Source: Candidatus Versatilivorator sp. | Lineage (GTDB): Bacteria; Acidobacteriota; Terriglobia; Versatilivoradales; Versatilivoraceae | Length of the DNA: 64,000 nt | Assembly: GCA_965207735.1 (NCBI GenBank) | Contig: OZ242296.1 | Coordinates: 1,696,001-1,760,000 of the forward strand | Direction: 5' to 3' | Notes under the pieces: generated by a model | What the model saw: the letters and a program-made list of their open reading frames with translations, nothing else | What the model was told of the DNA's origin: nothing | The model's database searches: none | Translations under genes and position numbers: made by a program | In this document: piece after piece, positions 57,389 to 64,000 of the stretch | Layout of the letters: each line of letters starts with the position of its first letter | Position numbering within the stretch: position 1 is the first letter of the stretch

Positions 57389-58867
57389 TCAGACAGAGCG
57401 AAGCGAATAGAGTCTGGCCCGGCGCATCCGAAAGCGCAACCGCACCGGGCGGCCACTCCAGGCGGAGAGGTCCGACTCCCCTCTCCAGGTGACGGTGTGG
57501 TCGAGGTGGTCGCCGGAGATGGGATCGCAGTCTTCGAAAGCGCGGCCGGGAAGGGCGGGAGCATGAGTCCTGCGGTTGTCGCCCGAGGCATCGGCCACCT
57601 CCACCCGTATCTCACCGCCGAATCGGGTCCAGGCGTTGAGCACCAGGCGCGACCCGCTGAGAGCCAGGATCAGGGTGGAGCACCCACCCAGGGACTCCGC
57701 CTCCAGGGAGACGAACCCGTCCTGCCGCCAGCTTGCGGTCAATACGCCGGTCTCGGGACGGGAGTTGTCGAAGAAGAGGGTGTTGTGGGAGCCGCGCCGG
57801 GGCGAGTAAGGCAGCGACCACTCTCCCGGGGTCAGGCTGACCAGGCCGCAGCCGGCATAGGCGCCTCCCTCGGCTTCGGAACCCGGCTCGCCGGCCGGAA
57901 TGATCGGTCGCCGCAGGGGTCTTTGCCAGTTCAGACCGTCTCGGCTGATCATCAGGTGCACTTCGGCGAAGTCGCCCGTGTGGCGGTAGAAAGCCGGAAA
58001 CATCAGGTGGGCGTCGGCTCCGGGCCAGCGCGTATAGGAGTTTGTGTAGATGTCGGTGTCGGGGCCGTCGTGCATGTCGATCCCCACCAGTGGCCGGGGA
58101 GTCGGCCAGTGCTCGAAACGGTCCGTCTCCGCGTAGCTGATGATGCGGCGGGCGTGGGAGGTTCCATGCTCGTGGGCTGTCCAACCTCGGAAGTATCCGA
58201 CGTAGACTCCCCTTTCAGGATCGAATTCGACCACGCTCTGGGTATCGCTGAGGTAGTTCGCGATCAACGGCTCCTGGATCATTCTCCAGTGCAGCCCGTC
58301 GGAGGACAGGGCTCCGAAGACACAGAAACGGCCCTGGTGCGACCCCAGATGGACCATCTTGTAACGCTCCGGCGGAGGCGCCGAGGGGTCCTTGAAGACG
58401 GTGGCCCCGTGGGCGTCCCGGCCCGGTGAGGCATCCAGCCCGAAGACCAGGTTGTTGCGGCGCGATCCCCGGTAGGTCACCCTACCCAGCTCCGGCTTGA
58501 CCCAATGGATCCCGTCGCTGGACTCGGCATAGGCCATCACCCTCTGGGTTCCCACGTCCTCGTCCACCTCCAGCTCGCCGCTCAGGTCCCCGCTGTCGTA
58601 GTAAAGCCTCCAGCGCCCCTCGTCCTCCAGCAGAGTGCTGTATACCCCCAGGCCGGTACGGGCGTTTCCGGCCTCCCACGGCTTGTCGGCCGTCACCAGT
58701 GGAATGCGGTCCAGGCGAGGCGGATGGACTCTCAGGCGGACCCCATGGGGCATTTCCCAGCTATCGGGCCGTTGGCCGCCGAACGACAGACCGTAGCCCG
58801 GCTCGATCAGGTTCCAATCCACAAAGACGTGCTTGCGGCTTCCCAGCTGGAACGGCTTGTAGGTCAT
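57389..58867 (-). CDS. Five-bladed beta-propeller glycoside-hydrolase-like hypothetical protein
   Basis: [27 protein letters not shown] and RQDGFVSL motifs; C-terminal [13 protein letters not shown]. Confidence 0.7.
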   Translation of the reverse strand: MTYKPFQLGSRKHVFVDWNLIEPGYGLSFGGQRPDSWEMPHGVRLRVHPPRLDRIPLVTADKPWEAGNARTGLGVYSTLLEDEGRWRLYYDSGDLSGELEVDEDVGTQRVMAYAESSDGIHWVKPELGRVTYRGSRRNNLVFGLDASPGRDAHGATVFKDPSAPPPERYKMVHLGSHQGRFCVFGALSSDGLHWRMIQEPLIANYLSDTQSVVEFDPERGVYVGYFRGWTAHEHGTSHARRIISYAETDRFEHWPTPRPLVGIDMHDGPDTDIYTNSYTRWPGADAHLMFPAFYRHTGDFAEVHLMISRDGLNWQRPLRRPIIPAGEPGSEAEGGAYAGCGLVSLTPGEWSLPYSPRRGSHNTLFFDNSRPETGVLTASWRQDGFVSLEAESLGGCSTLILALSGSRLVLNAWTRFGGEIRVEVADASGDNRRTHAPALPGRAFEDCDPISGDHLDHTVTWRGESDLSAWSGRPVRLRFRMRRARLYSLRSV

Positions 58868-59006
58868 GAGCTGCCTCCAGTCCTCACGTGTGAGCCAGGA
58901 GCATACAACAACTGCCGGAATGCCCCGATCTCTTTATTCATGGCCCGCATCGCGGTATACTGCAGGAACATCGGAAAGAATCCCGGCCCCGATGCCGACA
59001 GTCCGC

Positions 59007-61847
59007 ATGTATCGATCGAGCCAGTTTCACCCCTCCAGCATGGCAGTGCTTCTGCTCCTACCGGCGCTGGCCCTCTGCGGTCTGTCAGGCCCGGCCTGGA
59101 GTCAGGCGTCCGAAGCGGAGGAGTTGTTCGAAAGAAAGATCCGGCCGCTGTTTATCCGGCACTGCACGGCCTGCCACAACTCCGAGCTGGCTACCGCCGG
59201 GCTGGATCTCTCGACCGCCGAAGGGTTCCACCAGGGGGTGGCCGGCAGCCCTCTGATCTCGGCCGAATCTGTCTCTCAAAGCCGCCTCCTCAGAGCCGTT
59301 CGCTACCAGGACCCGGTCAAGATGCCACCGGCCGGCAAGCTGGACCCCGCCGAAATTGCCGATCTGGAAACCTGGATCCGGTTGGGAGCGCCCTGGCCCG
59401 AACCTTCGGCCGGGAGGGATGAGGACGCGGGAACGGCCCGTGAGGGATTTACAGCCCTCTGGTCCTTTGAGCCGGTGGCCGATCCCGAACCGCCGCCGGT
59501 AACCCGCCAGGACTGGGCCAGGACGCCCATCGACCGTTTCATTCTGGCCAAGCTGGAAGAGCAAGGTCTGGAACCGGCGCCTCCGGCCGACAAGCTGACC
59601 CTCCTGAGACGAGCCACTTTCGACTTGACGGGTCTGCCGCCTTCCGTCCGGGACATCGAGCGTTTCCTGAACGATACCTCCCCGGACGCCTTCGACAAAG
59701 TCATCGGGCGGCTGCTCGACTCACCGCGATACGGAGAGCACTGGGGCAGGCACTGGCTGGACGTGGCCCGCTACGCGGACTCCACCGGCAACGACGAGGA
59801 CCATAAGTACCCCCATGCCTGGCGCTACCGGGACTACGTGATCGATGTCTTCAACCGGGACCTTCCCTACGACGAATTCATCCTGGAACAGATCGCCGGA
59901 GACCTGCTTCCCAGGACAGGCCGCCTCGATACCGACCGGCGCAGGATCATCGCCACCGGGTTTCTGGCCCTGGGGCCCAAGGCCGTCGCCCAGCAGGACA
60001 AGATCCGGATGGTCTACGACGTCTACGACGAGCAGCTTGACGTGGTCTCCAAGAGCATTCTGGGATTGAGCATCACCTGCGCCCGCTGCCACGACCACAA
60101 GTTCGACCCCATCCTGACCCGGGACTACTACTCCCTGATCTCCGTCTTTGCCAGCACCCGCAGCTTCGTGGACCCGACGGCCCATGTCTCCGAAATGTTC
60201 ATGAAGCCCCTGGTCCTGCCCGAAGAGCACCAGGCCTATCTCGATCACAAGAAGAAAATCGACGACCGCAAGCAAGCCCAGGGGAAGCTGGTGGAGCAGG
60301 AAAAGGAAAGGTTCGCGGAGGCCGAAAGCCGGCGGCTGGCCGACTACATGCTGGCTGCCCATCGGGTCTACGCCCAAGGCGCCGATCCGGTGGAGCTGTC
60401 CCGCAAGCTCGATCTTCGAGAAACGATCCTGGAACGCTGGTCCGGCTATCTCAAGCCCGGCCAGGGGTTCCGCCCCCATCTGCTGGCCTGGCGCAGGTCC
60501 GGGGAGGACCAGCGTGCTCCAGTCGCCAAGGACTATCAGGAGAAATTCCGACAGCGCCTGCACGAGTGGAACCGGGAACTGGAGGCCTGGCGGCAGCGGG
60601 TCGAGAAGGCCGGGCCGGAGGAAGCCAAGGAAGACCGGCCCAAGTTCATCCCCGGCAGGGATCGTTTCTTCCACGAAGTCTATCTGCAGGGCAACCCGAG
60701 GGACGATAGCTACCAGACCCCGTTCATCCTCAAGCCCAGCGACACCCAACTTTTCTCCGAAGAACACAGGGAAACCATCGCACAGCTCCAGAAAGAGATC
60801 GAGCAGTTGGAGAAGGAAGCTCCTCCTGAACCGGACATGGCCAACGCCGTGGAGGACGGAGAGGTGGTCGAGCAGAAGGTTTTCGTCCGAGGCGATCCCG
60901 CCAATCCGGGCGAGGAAGCTCCCAAGATCTCTCCCAGGGTGTTCGACACCCGGTGCAAGCCCATGGACGCAAGCCACGGCAGCGGCCGCCTGCAGCTGGC
61001 CCGCTGGCTCATCCAGCCGGAGCATCCGCTCACGGCTCGTGTGATGGTCAACCGGGTCTGGCACTGGCACTTCGGGCAAGGCCTGGTGCGGACGCCGGAC
61101 AACTTTGGAGCCAAAGGGGAGGCGCCGACCCATCCCCGACTGCTGGACTTTCTGGCCCGAGAGTTCAGGGAGAACGGCTGGTCCCTGAAATACCTCCACC
61201 GATCGATCATGCGGTCCCGCACTTACCAGATGGCGAGCACGCACTCGGAGCTGACGGCCCGAACCGACCCCAGGAACCTCTGGTTGTCCCATTTCCCCAG
61301 GCGGCGGCTGAAGGTGGAAGAAATCCGTGACGGCATGCTGGCCCTGGACGACTCGCTCGACCTGAAGATGGGGGGCACTTTGCAGAGCGGGACCGGATAC
61401 CAGCCCGAGAACAGCAGTGAGCGGCTGAGCATCGACCCGGAGACCCAGCGCCTCCGCACCGTCTATCTGCCTTTGCGCCGCGCCAATCTGCCCCCGCTGC
61501 TCAACCTGTTCGACTTCGGCGACGCCACCACTTCCTCGGGAGAGCGCCTCCAGACCAACGTGGCGCCCCAGGCCCTGTTCATGCTCAACAGCCAATTCGT
61601 GGAGACACGCTCCCGCGGGCTGGCCGAGCTTCTGCTGAAGGACCCGAACTCCAGTGACCGGGAGCGGCTGAATCTTGCCCATCTCAGGACCCTGAGTCGA
61701 CACCCTCAAAGTGAGGAACTGGACCAGGCCCTGGATTACATCCGGGGATTTCAGGAGCGGTCGCCGGGCGACGAGAGCCGACTCCAGGGTTGGCAGAGTT
61801 ACTGCAAGGCCCTGCTGTCCTCCAATGCGTTCATATACGTGGATTGA
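59007..61847 (+). CDS. PSD1/planctomycete cytochrome c (DUF1549/DUF1553) protein
   Basis: CTACH, LLRRATFDLTGLPP, YGEHWGRHWLDVARYADS, CARCHDHKFDP and RVMVNRVWHWHFG motifs. Start is uncertain (58992/59007/59040). Confidence 0.9.
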   Translation: MYRSSQFHPSSMAVLLLLPALALCGLSGPAWSQASEAEELFERKIRPLFIRHCTACHNSELATAGLDLSTAEGFHQGVAGSPLISAESVSQSRLLRAVRYQDPVKMPPAGKLDPAEIADLETWIRLGAPWPEPSAGRDEDAGTAREGFTALWSFEPVADPEPPPVTRQDWARTPIDRFILAKLEEQGLEPAPPADKLTLLRRATFDLTGLPPSVRDIERFLNDTSPDAFDKVIGRLLDSPRYGEHWGRHWLDVARYADSTGNDEDHKYPHAWRYRDYVIDVFNRDLPYDEFILEQIAGDLLPRTGRLDTDRRRIIATGFLALGPKAVAQQDKIRMVYDVYDEQLDVVSKSILGLSITCARCHDHKFDPILTRDYYSLISVFASTRSFVDPTAHVSEMFMKPLVLPEEHQAYLDHKKKIDDRKQAQGKLVEQEKERFAEAESRRLADYMLAAHRVYAQGADPVELSRKLDLRETILERWSGYLKPGQGFRPHLLAWRRSGEDQRAPVAKDYQEKFRQRLHEWNRELEAWRQRVEKAGPEEAKEDRPKFIPGRDRFFHEVYLQGNPRDDSYQTPFILKPSDTQLFSEEHRETIAQLQKEIEQLEKEAPPEPDMANAVEDGEVVEQKVFVRGDPANPGEEAPKISPRVFDTRCKPMDASHGSGRLQLARWLIQPEHPLTARVMVNRVWHWHFGQGLVRTPDNFGAKGEAPTHPRLLDFLAREFRENGWSLKYLHRSIMRSRTYQMASTHSELTARTDPRNLWLSHFPRRRLKVEEIRDGMLALDDSLDLKMGGTLQSGTGYQPENSSERLSIDPETQRLRTVYLPLRRANLPPLLNLFDFGDATTSSGERLQTNVAPQALFMLNSQFVETRSRGLAELLLKDPNSSDRERLNLAHLRTLSRHPQSEELDQALDYIRGFQERSPGDESRLQGWQSYCKALLSSNAFIYVD

Positions 61848-61865
61848 CGGCCCCGCGCTCTGACA

Positions 61866-63341
61866 ATGGATACGATCATGAATGATCTCCATTCCCTCGA
61901 CCGAAGACTCCAAGTGCCGGTGTCCCGGCGCGCCATGTTGCGGGCTTCGGCCGGCGGATTCGGATTTCTGGGTCTGGCCGGATTGCTTGCCGAGGAATCG
62001 GGCCTGCTGGCCTCGCCCTCGGGAAACCCGCTGGCCCAGAGGCCACCCCATTACAAGCCCAGAGCCAAGCGGGTCATCTTCCTCTTCATGCACGGAGGTC
62101 CTTCGGGGATCGACATTCTGGACCCCAAGAAACGCCTGACCCGCGACCACGGCAAACCGCTTCCCATCGAGCGGCCTTTGGCCTTTGACGACGAGAACCC
62201 GGCGGGACCGCTGATGCAGTCACCCTGGGAGTTTCGGCCCGGCGGCCAAAGCGGGCTTCCCGTCAGCGATCTCTTTCCCCACGTCCGCGCCTGTGCCGAC
62301 GACCTCTGCGTGATTCGTTCCATGGTCGGAGAGGGTGTTGACCATGGCGCCGCCATGCTCCAGACCTTCACCGGCACCAGCACCTTCGTGCGGCCCAGCA
62401 TGGGATCCTGGGTTGTCTATGGACTGGGAACGGAGAACCGGAACCTGCCGGGATTCATCATGATCAAGCCGGCCCTCTCCCACGGAGGCGCCAAGAACTG
62501 GGGCTCGGCCTTCCTGCCGGGGGCCTATCAGGGCACGGCTGTCGGACATGGAGGTCTCTATGTCAAGGATGTCCGGAAGGAGCCCATCCGTTACCTCCTG
62601 AATGAGCGCTATTCACCCGAGCTGGCCCGCTACGAGCTCGACATGCTGCAGAACATCAATCGGCGGCACCGGGTGCTTCGTCAGCACGACCCCGAGCTGG
62701 AAGCGCGCATCCAGGCCTTCGAGCTGGCCTTTCGGATGCAGGCGGCGGCACCGGAAGTGTTTGAAGTGGAAAAGGAATCGGAACCCACCCGGAAGCTCTA
62801 CGGCCTGGACGACCCGCTGACCGCCGACTTCGGCTGGCAGTGCCTGCTGGCCAGGCGCATGGCCGAACGGGGGGTCCGCTACATTCAGTGCACTCACACC
62901 TACATGCCCGGCGGAGTCGGCTGGGACCAGCACGGTGAGCTCTACGCCAAGCATACCGACAACGCCCGGCAGGTCGACCGCCCCATAGCCGGCTTGCTGA
63001 AGGACCTGAAGGCGCGGGGACTGCTGGAGGATACGCTGGTTATCTGGGCCGGCGAGTTCGGCCGCACCCCCGTATCCCAGAACGGCGACGGCCGGGACCA
63101 CAACCCCTACGGCTATTCCATCTGGATGGCGGGGGGCGGAGTCAAGGGCGGCTTTGCCTACGGGGCCACCGACGAATTCGGCTACCACGCGGTCGAGGAC
63201 CGCATGCACATTCACGATTTCCACGCCACCGTGCTCCACCTGCTGGGGATCGACCACGAAAAACTGACCTACACCTACGGCGGCCGGAACTTTCGCTTGA
63301 CCGACGTGGCCGGCGTGGTGGCTCACAAGATTCTGGCGTAG
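61866..63341 (+). CDS. DUF1501 domain protein
   Basis: SRRAML, VIFLFMHGGPS, WDQH, GEFGRTP and GRDHNP motifs. Confidence 0.92.
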   Translation: MDTIMNDLHSLDRRLQVPVSRRAMLRASAGGFGFLGLAGLLAEESGLLASPSGNPLAQRPPHYKPRAKRVIFLFMHGGPSGIDILDPKKRLTRDHGKPLPIERPLAFDDENPAGPLMQSPWEFRPGGQSGLPVSDLFPHVRACADDLCVIRSMVGEGVDHGAAMLQTFTGTSTFVRPSMGSWVVYGLGTENRNLPGFIMIKPALSHGGAKNWGSAFLPGAYQGTAVGHGGLYVKDVRKEPIRYLLNERYSPELARYELDMLQNINRRHRVLRQHDPELEARIQAFELAFRMQAAAPEVFEVEKESEPTRKLYGLDDPLTADFGWQCLLARRMAERGVRYIQCTHTYMPGGVGWDQHGELYAKHTDNARQVDRPIAGLLKDLKARGLLEDTLVIWAGEFGRTPVSQNGDGRDHNPYGYSIWMAGGGVKGGFAYGATDEFGYHAVEDRMHIHDFHATVLHLLGIDHEKLTYTYGGRNFRLTDVAGVVAHKILA

Positions 63342-63366
63342 CTTTCCCCCCACATCCCGGTCCCGA

Positions 63367-64000
63367 ATGAACCGCAGACAATTCTTGCAAACCCGGGCTG
63401 CCGGCTTCCCGGCAGCTCTGGTTGCCCTCACGGCCTCCGGTTCAGGCTCCGAACCGGCCCGCCGGGACCCCAACGCCCCGCCACGTGTCTTCCTCTTCAA
63501 CGACGGTCGCCACGTCGGAGGACTGGACAGCTTTGAGCCGCCGATCACCCCGGAAGACCACGGCTCCATCGCCGACCAACTGGCAGGAAGCGGTGTGGAC
63601 GCCCTGGTGCTGTTTGCGGCCGGAGCCCATGGGACGGTTCTCTATCCCAGTCGAGTGGCCGACCTGTGGGGGGATACGGTCGAGCGGTGGGACCACTATG
63701 TCTGGGGCAGAACGGCACGGGTCCTGCGGCAGTTGATCGCCGACGGTCACGATCCGCTGAAGCTCCTCTGCGACCGCTGCCACCATCACGGCATCCGCAT
63801 GATCCCCAGCACCTGGATCAGCCTTCACAGCGGCAACCGGCAAACCCATCAGAACCTGGGGCGCTGGTCGGCCTTCACCCTGGACAATCCCCAGTTCCAA
63901 GTGGGCGAGGACCCCGACCCCAGGGCGGCCGGCCTCTTGAAGACCCGTTTCAGCTTTCTCCACGCCGAGGTAAGGCAGGAGCGCTTTCGCCTCCTGTCGG
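63367..64000 (+). CDS. Tat-exported GHL10-like protein, truncated by window edge
   Basis: MNRRQFL..., FLFNDGRH, G.DPLKLLCDRCHHHGI and FSFLHAEVRQERF; frame open to the end of the window. Confidence 0.7.
   Translation, partial: MNRRQFLQTRAAGFPAALVALTASGSGSEPARRDPNAPPRVFLFNDGRHVGGLDSFEPPITPEDHGSIADQLAGSGVDALVLFAAGAHGTVLYPSRVADLWGDTVERWDHYVWGRTARVLRQLIADGHDPLKLLCDRCHHHGIRMIPSTWISLHSGNRQTHQNLGRWSAFTLDNPQFQVGEDPDPRAAGLLKTRFSFLHAEVRQERFRLLS

Noticed and set aside
59721-62150. Long antisense or alternative-frame ORFs (also 8459-10444, 6759-8144, 37603-39288, 41722-43692, 47218-48666)
   Set aside because: These are shadow ORFs of well-supported genes in high-GC DNA and have no recognisable motifs.
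1-64000. tRNA, rRNA or riboswitch
   Set aside because: No recognisable signatures in the intergenic regions by eye; an Infernal/Rfam scan would be needed to exclude them formally.

Overview
High-GC bacterial chromosomal window. The HU/IHF sequence, Oar-type TonB receptor and DUF1501/DUF1549 modules suggest an Acidobacteriota-like organism (inference). Most of it is housekeeping and catabolic genes: priA, pdxH, ltaE, ackA, ptb, comM/yifB, ogt, an M16 protease, a thiolase-DUF35 pair, glycoside-hydrolase-like proteins, an SSS transporter and a PQQ dehydrogenase. There are two accessory hotspots. (1) 2.6-6.2 kb holds a 1487-bp IS5-like element with an ACAT target duplication, a DUF4143 remnant, a ~60-bp direct repeat and a hicAB operon. 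(2) 48.6-55.3 kb holds an orphan CI/Cro-like switch, a deleted GxxExxY gene between inverted periodic CACAAAA repeats, and a tandem array of three ~180-bp units carrying periodic CACGAAG motifs. The array has been invaded by a REP-laden MITE, a second copy of the IS and a group II intron. The intron's putative EBS1 (UGUCUU) pairs with the periodic motif and fits best the one unit it occupies. The best candidate for an undescribed system is therefore a periodic-repeat/GxxExxY element family that serves as a landing pad for a group II intron and IS5-type elements. Also noted: an orphan HTH-fused adenine methyltransferase with twin GACGTC sites in its putative promoter, a solitary higA, and two probable CTG start codons. 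No rRNA, tRNA or CRISPR array was seen. All calls are from reading the sequence by eye; no searches were run.
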